Origin: Spirochaetia bacterium
GTDB taxonomy: Bacteria; Spirochaetota; Spirochaetia; SZUA-6; Bin103
Reading direction: 5' to 3'
Assembly: GCA_965203905.1 (NCBI GenBank)
Contig: CBDBDQ010000005.1
Coordinates: forward strand, 5,888,001-5,952,000
DNA: 64,000 nt
Position numbers and translations under genes: made by a program. How positions within the stretch are numbered: the stretch's first letter is position 1; each line of letters begins with the position of its first letter. Below the pieces are notes generated by a model. It was not told where the DNA came from. It did not search any database and was given only the letters and a program-made list of their open reading frames with translations. Positions 28,723 through 36,505 of this stretch are shown piece by piece.

Positions 28723-29556
28723 ATGAGCAGCGCTCCGTTCGTTACCCGTCTGCGCTTTCCGCTGGACGCCGCCGAGGTCGAGGCCTACCACCGCGACGGC
28801 GTGCTGGGACCGTTCCAACTGGTCCCGCCCGAGCAGATGGCACCGTTGCGGCAGCAGATTCTGCGTGAGGTCATCGCGCCGGCGGAGCGGGGGGATGCCG
28901 ACCTGCACTACCACGACCGCCACCTCGACCACCGCGTGGTGTGCCGCCTGTGCCGTGGGCCGGAGCTGGTGGATCGGATCGCCTCGCTGCTCGGGCCCGA
29001 CCTGATGATCTGGCGCAGCAACTTCCAGGTGAAGTACCCGGCCGCCGAGGCTGCCGGCGGCGACAAGGGCCCCGTCGACGTGCCGTGGCACCAGGACGGG
29101 GCCTACTTCGGCCTGCAGCCGCTGGTCCTGGTGTCGGCCTGGATCGCGATCACCGAGGCCACCGCCGACAACGGCTGCCTGCGCGTGGTTCGCGGCTCGC
29201 ACACCACCACCTTCGCACACCGGAACGACTCGGAGCGCACCACCTTCGGCCGCTCGGTGCCACAGGACGCCATCGACCCTGCCGCGGTGCGCACGCTGGA
29301 GCTGCGCCCCGGCGAGTTCGTGCTGTTCAACGAGAACACGCTGCACGCCTCCGAGCCCAACCGCACCTCCACGCCCCGCATCGGCCTGACGCCGCGCGTA
29401 TCGGTGCCGTTCGTGCGCGTCACCGGCAACCCGCGCGGCGCCGGCCGCGACCGCGCGCGCCACGCTCCCGACGAGCCGCGGGAGGTGGCGATGCTGCGCG
29501 GCCACGACTACACCGGCCGCCAGTGCGTGGTCCCGCTGCCCTGCCCCGCCGGATAG
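28723..29556 (+). CDS. Phytanoyl-CoA dioxygenase (PhyH) family Fe(II)/2OG enzyme
   Basis: PWHQD, NGCLRVVRGSH, H.S.PN....R. Confidence 0.9.
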   Translation: MSSAPFVTRLRFPLDAAEVEAYHRDGVLGPFQLVPPEQMAPLRQQILREVIAPAERGDADLHYHDRHLDHRVVCRLCRGPELVDRIASLLGPDLMIWRSNFQVKYPAAEAAGGDKGPVDVPWHQDGAYFGLQPLVLVSAWIAITEATADNGCLRVVRGSHTTTFAHRNDSERTTFGRSVPQDAIDPAAVRTLELRPGEFVLFNENTLHASEPNRTSTPRIGLTPRVSVPFVRVTGNPRGAGRDRARHAPDEPREVAMLRGHDYTGRQCVVPLPCPAG

Positions 29557-29571
29557 CCCCACCCGGCCAAG

Positions 29572-30300
29572 CTACGCCGAGCGCAGAATCGCGAAGTCGC
29601 TGTCCTTGGCGCTGACCGCGCTGGCCTCCTGGTAGGTGAGAATGAAGGCGCGCCGGTGCCCGGCGGTGTGGTTGCCGAGCGAGGAATGGAACAGCTTGTT
29701 GGAGAACAGCACCGCGGTGCCGGCCGGCACTTCGCAGTACACGGTGCCCTTCAGTTCGCGTTCTCCCGGCAGAAAGCTCAGGCGGCAGGCGCCGTGGTCG
29801 CGCGAGGATCGTGGCTGGTGCGGGATGATGTGGCGCCGGTGGCTGCCGGGCACCACGCGCAGGCAGCCGTTGGCGCGACAGGTGTCCTGCAGCGGCAGCC
29901 AGATCGACATGCGCCGCTCGCAATCTCCGTAGATGTGCCAGTACGCCTCGTCCTGGTGCCAGTGGCAGACGTTGCGCGGCTCGTACGGCCCCTTGCTGAT
30001 CAGCTTGGCCGAGAACACCGCGACGCCCGGATACACCAGGTCCTCGATCAGGCTCAGCATCCGCGGGTCGGCCGCCAGTTCGCGCGAACGATCCGAGTCG
30101 GTACCCAGCCGGTGAATCTGGTTGCGCCGCTGCTCGTCGGCGGCGATTTCCGGATCGGCCAGGCGTTCGCGGTACTGGCGCTCGAACTCGGCGTCGAGCT
30201 CGGCCAGCTCCGCGCGCGGCAGCGCATCGGGCGCCAACAGGTAGCCGTCGCGCGCAAACGCGGCTCGCTGCTCCTCGGTAAGACGGTTCACGAGCAGCAC
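29572..30300 (-). CDS. PhyH family Fe(II)/2OG dioxygenase
   Basis: F.RDGYL, WHQDEAYW, NGCLRVVPGSH, HSSLGN....RR; start GTG 30300 or 30291. Confidence 0.9.
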   Translation of the reverse strand: MLLVNRLTEEQRAAFARDGYLLAPDALPRAELAELDAEFERQYRERLADPEIAADEQRRNQIHRLGTDSDRSRELAADPRMLSLIEDLVYPGVAVFSAKLISKGPYEPRNVCHWHQDEAYWHIYGDCERRMSIWLPLQDTCRANGCLRVVPGSHRRHIIPHQPRSSRDHGACRLSFLPGERELKGTVYCEVPAGTAVLFSNKLFHSSLGNHTAGHRRAFILTYQEASAVSAKDSDFAILRSA

Positions 30301-30307
30301 GCCAAGG

Positions 30308-30934
30308 TCAGACCTGGGCGGAGTCGAAGATGGCCGCAACGTCAGCGGAGAATCCCTGCAACAGGTGGGAGGCCGCGCGCGTCCCCCGCCGATAGGTGCC
30401 GTGCTTCCGGTACTCGTCGCCGGCCAGCACCAGCACCGTCACCGTCGCGGTGTCAGGGTCGACGAGCCAGTATTCGGGAATGCGCGCCGCAGCGTAGTCG
30501 CGGCGCTTGTCGAACCGGTCGCGCTCAGGCCGGTCCGGACCCACCACCTCGACCACCAGATCGGCGCCGGTCCAGAAGCGGTTGCCGCGACGGGGGTCCG
30601 CCGCGTCGCGCACCAGCAGCAGGTCCGGCTCGCGAAACGCGTCGGTGCGCACCCTGAGGCGCAAGGGCGCGTACAGCACCTTGCCGCCGCGAGTCTGCAG
30701 ATGTGCGAGCAACTGGCCGTAGAGATGGGCCGAGATGCACTGATGTTCCTCAGTCGGCATCGGCAGGACCTCGATGCAGCCGTCGGTCAACTCCAGCAGG
30801 CGATGGCCGTGATCGGTCAGCCACAGGTACTCAGCCTCTTGCCACCAACCTTGCCGCGGGAGCGTGTCGAGCACGAACGAGTCGACCGCTTCCTGCGCCG
30901 GAGGCGTGGTCGCGGGGTCTGTTCGGGTCGCCAT
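30308..30934 (-). CDS. Uma2 (DUF820) family endonuclease
   Basis: EL.DG.IEVLPMPT..HQ, REPDL, DLVVEV, DKRRDYA..RIPEYWLVDP. Confidence 0.9.
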   Translation of the reverse strand: MATRTDPATTPPAQEAVDSFVLDTLPRQGWWQEAEYLWLTDHGHRLLELTDGCIEVLPMPTEEHQCISAHLYGQLLAHLQTRGGKVLYAPLRLRVRTDAFREPDLLLVRDAADPRRGNRFWTGADLVVEVVGPDRPERDRFDKRRDYAAARIPEYWLVDPDTATVTVLVLAGDEYRKHGTYRRGTRAASHLLQGFSADVAAIFDSAQV

Positions 30935-30945
30935 GGGAACGCGGC

Positions 30946-31848
30946 TTAGCGCCCCACCTCCTGCCGTTGCCGCAGCGTTGCCGCCTCCCACTCCTCCCAG
31001 GTCGGCAGTGGCGCGGCGCTGAGCACCGGCAATGGTACGCGACCATTTCCCCGCTGGCGCCCGCGAAGCTCCTCGATCGCCTCGCGGGAACTCCCGCTGA
31101 GCACCTCGGGCGGCGCGTGGTAGCGGAAGTCGACGCTCCAGCGCGAGGAGTCGGTGTGATTCATCTTGCTGGTGTGGAAGGTGAGGTTGGTCAGGAACAG
31201 GACATCGCCGGCGGCCATCTCGAGGGGAGTCGGCGTGCCGCGCTGCTCGATCTCCTCGGTGGTGCGCACGTTCATGTCCTCGCCGCGCCCGGCGTCGATC
31301 AACCCCCAACGGTGGCTGCCGGGCAGCACCCATATACAGCCGTTGTCGACCGTGGCGTCCACCAGCGGCACCCACACCGTGACGATGTGGCTGGCCTCGG
31401 AGTAGCCCACCTTCTGGCCCGGACGCGGTTCGTTGTAGTAGTGGCTGTCCTGGTGCCACGGGAAGGCGGTGATCTCCGCCTCCGGAATCTTGGTGCGAAT
31501 GTTCAGGCCGCCCAGCTCGACCACCTCGGGGCCGAGCACGGCGCCGAGCACCCGCAGGATGCCGGGGTGCTTGAACAGGTCGTAGAACACCCTGCCAAAG
31601 CTGGCACCGATCCAGCCGCGCGGCGAGAACTCCATCTCGCGGCAGATGGTTGCAAAGCGGCGCTGGAACGGCAGCTCCTCGTAAGGTGAGGAGATCTTGC
31701 CCTCGGCGTGCAGTCCGGCAGCGTACTCGTCCACTTGCGCGGCGAGGAACTCGCGCACCGGGTCGAGCTCCGCCGGAGCCAGGATGCCGCGCTCCACCAG
31801 GTAACCGTCGCGCTCGTAAGCGGCGCGAATCGCTGAGTCGTCACTCAT
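30946..31848 (-). CDS. PhyH family Fe(II)/2OG dioxygenase
   Basis: YERDGYL, FPWHQDS.Y, NGC.WVLPGSH, FH.S..N....RWS.DFRY. Confidence 0.9.
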   Translation of the reverse strand: MSDDSAIRAAYERDGYLVERGILAPAELDPVREFLAAQVDEYAAGLHAEGKISSPYEELPFQRRFATICREMEFSPRGWIGASFGRVFYDLFKHPGILRVLGAVLGPEVVELGGLNIRTKIPEAEITAFPWHQDSHYYNEPRPGQKVGYSEASHIVTVWVPLVDATVDNGCIWVLPGSHRWGLIDAGRGEDMNVRTTEEIEQRGTPTPLEMAAGDVLFLTNLTFHTSKMNHTDSSRWSVDFRYHAPPEVLSGSSREAIEELRGRQRGNGRVPLPVLSAAPLPTWEEWEAATLRQRQEVGR

Positions 31849-31948
31849 GGCTGTCACTGTACGCTCCGTGGAGCGGCGGCGCAACGCCACGAACGTGCCC
31901 CTTTTCAGCACACGGCGAACGTGATGCTCCCGCGCTGATTCGTAGCGC

Positions 31949-33271
31949 TTACTCCTGGTCCTCCTGGCGATAGAACCTCGAGTAGTAGCCGCCGTAGGTC
32001 AGCCAGGGATGCTGCCCCTGAATATTGGGCGACGGAGGCTCGTTCCACCACCCCGACACCAGGATCCCGCCGTCTCCCATCGGCGCGTAGGCGAATCGCG
32101 CGCCAAGCTCGACAGCCCACCAGTTGGGCTGTGCCTCCCCGAAGTCGGTTGCGGAAATCTCGCTCAGGGGGAGATAGAGGTTACCAGCGTCGTGGCTCCA
32201 CTTCCCCTCCATCACGAAGTCCCACTCACCGTTGTCCACGAGGCTCTGGGGGTTGAGAGAATGATACCGGAACGTGCCATCCGCGCGCAGAGTAATGGTG
32301 AGCTGAATATCGTCCGATGGCCGGATCGGACGTACCCAGGTACCAACCAGGTCAGGCAGCGCGTTCTCCAGGCGCTCGTAGCGAAACAGATCCGGCCGGT
32401 AGTCATACCCCGGGCTCCATGCCCACTCGCTGACGATGAGCACGTCGCCATCGACCAGGTAGTAGTCGTGCTCGTTCGTCGCTTCGACGGGTGGATCACC
32501 ATCGATCCACTTCCGGGTGATCGCGGAGTCGGATACGCCCCAGCCACCTGAATCGGACCAAGAGTTGACGACCGTCCCGTCGAACAGAACCTGCTCAACA
32601 TAACTGATCCACCGCTCCCTGGTGAAGGTCAACGTCGCCCTCGTATCGCCGACCAGCTCATCGTCTTCGCGGTAGCCCTCCGCAAAAGTGGTGCGCCAGG
32701 TTCCGAGGAGGCAGCGAAGCAGTCGTCCACTCACATCGCAACCCTGCACGACGCTCAGGTCGACACCGATCAGATCCGCCATTTGCAGATCGGCGTCCGT
32801 CAGATCGGCACCGTGTAGATCGGCACCAACCAATGTGGCGCCGCGCAGGTTTGCACCGGTCAGGCCAACCCCGCGGAGGATCGCTCCAGACAGGTCCGCG
32901 CTGTCCAGGTTCGCTGCCGCCAGATCGGCGCCGCTCAAGTCAGCGCCGCGCAAGGTAGTAGAGATCAGCGTGGCACCGCGCAAATCTGCGCCTCGCAGGT
33001 TGGCACCGTCCAAGTCACTGTTGCGGAGATCGGCCCCAGCCAAGCTCGCGTAGCTCAGGTTGATCTCGCGCAGATCCACACCGGACAGGCTCGCTCCAAC
33101 CAGGTTTGCGTTGGAACAGTCGGGCATGCACGCAAGCCGACCCTCACCACCAGCAGTCTCGGACGGCACGGCGGTCGGCGTAGTGAGCGGTTCGCAGTTG
33201 GCCAGCACCAACAGGCACGCAGTAGCACAGAGAACCCTCAGCACGTCCCTTCTCTGCAGTATCGTATCCAT
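31949..33271 (-). CDS. Pentapeptide-repeat lipoprotein with duplicated C-terminal beta domains
   Basis: Signal ending in lipobox-like LANC; about 25 A(D/N)Lxx repeats; two similar units starting LLGTW and LVGTW. Confidence 0.85.
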   Translation of the reverse strand: MDTILQRRDVLRVLCATACLLVLANCEPLTTPTAVPSETAGGEGRLACMPDCSNANLVGASLSGVDLREINLSYASLAGADLRNSDLDGANLRGADLRGATLISTTLRGADLSGADLAAANLDSADLSGAILRGVGLTGANLRGATLVGADLHGADLTDADLQMADLIGVDLSVVQGCDVSGRLLRCLLGTWRTTFAEGYREDDELVGDTRATLTFTRERWISYVEQVLFDGTVVNSWSDSGGWGVSDSAITRKWIDGDPPVEATNEHDYYLVDGDVLIVSEWAWSPGYDYRPDLFRYERLENALPDLVGTWVRPIRPSDDIQLTITLRADGTFRYHSLNPQSLVDNGEWDFVMEGKWSHDAGNLYLPLSEISATDFGEAQPNWWAVELGARFAYAPMGDGGILVSGWWNEPPSPNIQGQHPWLTYGGYYSRFYRQEDQE

Positions 33272-33734
33272 AACAATCTCCCGATGGTGGCTCGTCCACC
33301 GTCTATCTATGCTTCCGGTCGTCGAGATTAGTTACGCTTGGCTTGGGCACATCAAATCTCGAGATCCTATCGTGTTGCTGATGCAATGGCAGACGGATAT
33401 TGTCAACCGTTATGAATGAGGCCCTGATCTTCGCCGTCCATTCCATAATTGTGCACAAAGTATTGTGTAGCATGGATTTACATGCGCACGTGTTGTATTG
33501 GACTCAAGAGGATACTCCATCGGTCCGTTCGCGAAATGGCGATCTCTTTGGTTCATGATTTTCGCGCCAATTCGTGAGTTCGCGGATTGGGTTTCTATCT
33601 CATTGCTCTACGATGGCGACTGTTTCCATCAATTCATTTTAGAGAAACGATTTACTCTCGATGGTTTCGCACTGTGCCTAAGGAGTCGCGCCATCGCAAA
33701 ATAGAAAACTACAGAGTAGATTCGGGAACTATTC

Positions 33735-33763
33735 CGCGAATTCGCGAATTCGCGAATTCGCGA
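33735..33763. repeat. Tandem 8-bp repeat (cgcgaatt)x3.6 forming a 28-bp perfect palindrome
   Basis: cgcgaattcgcgaattcgcgaattcgcg read directly at 33735-33762. Confidence 0.9.
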
Positions 33764-33918
33764 GAGAGAATTCGGTACTTGGCGACCGATTCCTGACTTC
33801 TTGCAATACAACGCCCGGCGAGATCGTCAAAACACGACTCGGTACTCCACGTATGTCGGGTCACGGCGCGAACAACCCGCCGGGGGCGAGGGAGTAGCGC
33901 CTCGTGCGAGCCGAGAGC

Positions 33919-33974
33919 GCGGTGGCGGCGGCGCTACCTGGGACCCGGCAAGCAGGTGGGTCGCATGGCCTTGG
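33919..33974 (+). pseudogene. Fragment of a BNR/sialidase-like gene
   Basis: GGATWDPASRWVAWPW matches GGRTWDPASRRVVWPY of the 35340 gene; 19-bp identity between 33935-33953 and 35522-35540. Confidence 0.7.
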
Positions 33975-34122
33975 CCGGCACCGCGCCGTACCACTCCAGG
34001 CGGCCTCCGGGTCGGAACCCGGCTCCGCCGGACGCCGCGTCCTGCGCCGTCATCGCCGCCTACCGCACGCCTTACGACTCGTTGCCGCCGTCCCCACGAG
34101 TCGCGGTGACGCCGGGAACGGC

Positions 34123-34182
34123 GAAGTCGATCCCGAACGGCCGCCGCAACTCCATGTAGGTCCAGTGGTACACCGGGTTGCC
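34123..34182 (-). pseudogene. uxaC: Fragment of uronate (glucuronate) isomerase
   Basis: GNPVYHWTYMELRRPFGIDF matches the conserved UxaC motif GNPLYHWTHLELRRPFGI; only ~20 codons present. Confidence 0.75.
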
Positions 34183-34184
34183 GC

Positions 34185-34279
34185 GGTCGACGTCCTGCTG
34201 AGTACCCGGGTGGCGGCGTCGAACTGCAGGCCGAAGATCTCCGGCTGCAACGTATAGTCGCTTCGCCGGAGCCGCCCGA
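34185..34279 (-). pseudogene. Fragment of a putative Ig (He_PIG/cadherin-like) domain
   Basis: SGGSGEAT / YTLQPEIFGLQFDAATRVLSRTST with one frameshift fits the SGG.G.LTY.L.P..PGL.FD..TR.LSGTPT pattern. Confidence 0.65.
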
Positions 34280-34318
34280 TACGCGCCTCTGCGCGCGCGC
34301 TGCGTGCGATGCTCGGCG

Positions 34319-34347
34319 TTGACACCGCGAGGTGGAGCCCTTAACGT
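34319..34347 (+). promoter_or_regulatory. Sigma70-type promoter of the coiled-coil repeat gene (near-leaderless)
   Basis: TTGACA-17 nt-TAACGT, GTG 9 nt later, no RBS. Confidence 0.6.
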
Positions 34348-34356
34348 TGACGCACC

Positions 34357-35193
34357 GTGGCGATAGTGACCGTACCGCGCCCGTTGCAGGAACAGCTTGG
34401 GGAAGCCGCCACCGATTCTCTGGTGGGGATGTTCGAGCAGTTTCAGGAAGCTCAAATCCAACAACAGGAGACCTCCAAGGAACTTCACTTCGAACTCCTG
34501 GAGGAGCGCTTTCTACGTCACGTAGTGGAGTCCGAGGGTCGACTGCGGGCCGAGATCGCCGAGTTGCGGGCCGAGACGACCGAGTCGGTCGGCCAACTGC
34601 GGGCCGGGATCACCGAGTCGGTCGGCCAACTGCGGGCCGAGATCACCGAGTCGGTCGGCCAACTGCGGGCCGAGATCACCGAGTCCGAGGGTCGACTGCG
34701 GGCCGAGATCACCGAGTCCGAGGGTCGACTGCGGGCCGAGATCGCCGAGTTGCGGGCCGAGACGACCGAGTCGGTCGGTCGACTGCGGGCCGAGATCACC
34801 GAGTCCGAGGGTCGACTGCGGGCCGAGATCGCCGAGTTGCGGGCCGAGACGACCGAGTCGGTCGGCCAATTGCGGGCCGAGATCACCGAGTCCGAGCGCC
34901 GGCTGCGCGCCGAGATGCAGGCCGGATTCGACCGGCAGCAGGAACAACTTGCCAGGCAGCAGGAACAACTTACCGCCCAGCAGGAGCAAATTGCGGGGCT
35001 CGGCAAGGAGATCGGCGCGGTGCGATCGGATCTCGGTAAGCAGATCGGCGCCGTGCACGTCGACGTGAACCGGCAGATCGGAGACGTACACAAGCAGATC
35101 GCACGGCAGACTCGGTGGATCCTGACCGTCCTCGGTGGCGCCGCGGTCCTGTTCCCGATCATTCAGCGGGTGATGGCGGTGTTGCTGCCGTAA
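34357..35193 (+). CDS. Coiled-coil tandem-repeat protein with C-terminal membrane anchor (DUF1640/CCDC90/Bdr-like architecture)
   Basis: Short head VPRPLQEQLGEAATDSLV, long LRAEI repeat stalk, C-terminal TRWILTVLGGAAVLFPII helix. Confidence 0.85.
   Translation: MAIVTVPRPLQEQLGEAATDSLVGMFEQFQEAQIQQQETSKELHFELLEERFLRHVVESEGRLRAEIAELRAETTESVGQLRAGITESVGQLRAEITESVGQLRAEITESEGRLRAEITESEGRLRAEIAELRAETTESVGRLRAEITESEGRLRAEIAELRAETTESVGQLRAEITESERRLRAEMQAGFDRQQEQLARQQEQLTAQQEQIAGLGKEIGAVRSDLGKQIGAVHVDVNRQIGDVHKQIARQTRWILTVLGGAAVLFPIIQRVMAVLLP
34528..34920 (+). repeat. In-frame minisatellite: ten units of 33 bp (x7) and 54 bp (x3)
   Basis: Unit order 54,33,33,33,33,54,33,54,33,33 encoding ES(E/V)G(R/Q)LRAEIT and ESEGRLRAEIAELRAETT. 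Confidence 0.95.
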
Positions 35194-35249
35194 CGGCGTG
35201 CGGCTGAAGGCAGCAACAGCGACAGCGGCATGGACAGCCGCACGCCGTT
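35192..35249 (+). terminator. Long inverted repeat at the 3' end of the repeat gene
   Basis: aacggcgtgcggctg (35192-35206) and cagccgcacgccgtt (35235-35249), 15-bp perfect; 28-nt loop is atypical of a terminator. Confidence 0.45.
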
Positions 35250-35339
35250 GCCGGACTTTCCTGACAGGATTTGGAGAAGCAGGCGTAAACTTCGCGAACC
35301 AACTGTGACACCTGGCGCGACGCTGCGGTAGAGTGCGGC

Positions 35340-36491
35340 GTGGCTCAGATCAGAGAACCCGAACTCGTCCACGTGTACAAGGACCCGGCGCACGCCACCA
35401 ACCAGGTCAGCCTGGTGCAGCTTGCCAATGGCGAGCTGCTGCTCGGCTTCAACGAGGAGCGCGGGCCGATCCACGCCGACAGCGGGCAGTCGTGCCTGAT
35501 CAAGTCCGCGGACGGCGGCCGTACCTGGGACCCGGCAAGCCGGCGCGTCGTCTGGCCCTACACCGAACATGCGGGCAACTGGGACTGCGCATTCGGCCAG
35601 CTCCGTGACGGCAGCATCCTGATGCACACCCGCGTCTGCAGCTTCATCGACTCCGGCGGCGCGGGCGGGCGCGACGACGCCCAGGCGCTTGGTCCCCCGT
35701 CCGCCCGCGCCGAGCGCCTGAAACGGCAGACCGGCTATGCCGTGCTCAGGTCGCTCGACAACGGCGCCACCTGGTCGCCCCCGGTCGAGGTCAACACCTT
35801 CCCCATCACCTCCGCCTCACTGGGCCGCTACGCCTGCGGCAACTCCGGCGCGGGACACGTGATCGAGTTGCCCGACGGCGGCGTGCTGATGCCGTTGTGC
35901 GGGACCATCAGCAACGACGACACCACCAGCCCGGTGGGCGAAACCGGGCGCAGCTTCCTGCTGCGCTCCGACGACTGCGGCGACCACTGGGAGCACTGGG
36001 CCACCATCGCCTACGACCCGGCGCACATCGTCCACTTCCACGAGCCGGGGGTGGCGCGCCTGCGCGACGGCCGCCTCATCGCCCTGCTGCGGGTGTCGCG
36101 CCGGCCCAACCGCTACGACAACCTGTGGTTCGGCTGCTCCGACGACGACGGCGCCAGTTGGAGCCGACCGCGGCGCACCAACATCTGGGGCTACCCCGCC
36201 GACGTGACGCAACTGCAGGATGGCCGCGTGCTGGCGGTATACGGCTACCGGCGTCCGCCCTGGGGGGTGCGCGGCTGCATCTCGGAGGATGGCGTGACCT
36301 GGGACGTGGCCAACGAGTTCGTGATCCGCGAGGGCGGCGCGGCCGCTCCCGAGGTGCCGTTCTTCTGGCACATTGGCTACCCGAGCGTGGCGCAGACGCC
36401 GGACGGCACCATCGTCGCCGCCTACCACGAGCACAGCGACGACCCGCAGCCGGTGCAGTTCATCTGCTGCACCCGATTCCGCCTGGACTGA
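35340..36491 (+). CDS. Exo-alpha-sialidase-like BNR/Asp-box beta-propeller protein
   Basis: Five Asp-boxes (SADGGRTW, SLDNGATW, SDDCGDHW, SDDDGASW, SEDGVTW) and IGYPS. Confidence 0.88.
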   Translation: MAQIREPELVHVYKDPAHATNQVSLVQLANGELLLGFNEERGPIHADSGQSCLIKSADGGRTWDPASRRVVWPYTEHAGNWDCAFGQLRDGSILMHTRVCSFIDSGGAGGRDDAQALGPPSARAERLKRQTGYAVLRSLDNGATWSPPVEVNTFPITSASLGRYACGNSGAGHVIELPDGGVLMPLCGTISNDDTTSPVGETGRSFLLRSDDCGDHWEHWATIAYDPAHIVHFHEPGVARLRDGRLIALLRVSRRPNRYDNLWFGCSDDDGASWSRPRRTNIWGYPADVTQLQDGRVLAVYGYRRPPWGVRGCISEDGVTWDVANEFVIREGGAAAPEVPFFWHIGYPSVAQTPDGTIVAAYHEHSDDPQPVQFICCTRFRLD

Positions 36492-36505
36492 GGAAACACA
36501 GACCG

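Noticed and set aside
33498-33811. Short ORFs containing IREFANSR on both strands
   Set aside because: The peptide is a by-product of the palindromic DNA repeat; no RBS or coding bias.
34528-34920. Possible CRISPR array
   Set aside because: Units are contiguous, in-frame multiples of three with no unique spacers, and there are no cas genes.
33919-35540. Possible diversity-generating retroelement template/variable repeat pair (BNR duplicate)
   Set aside because: Match is short, differences are not adenine-specific, and no reverse transcriptase is present in the window.
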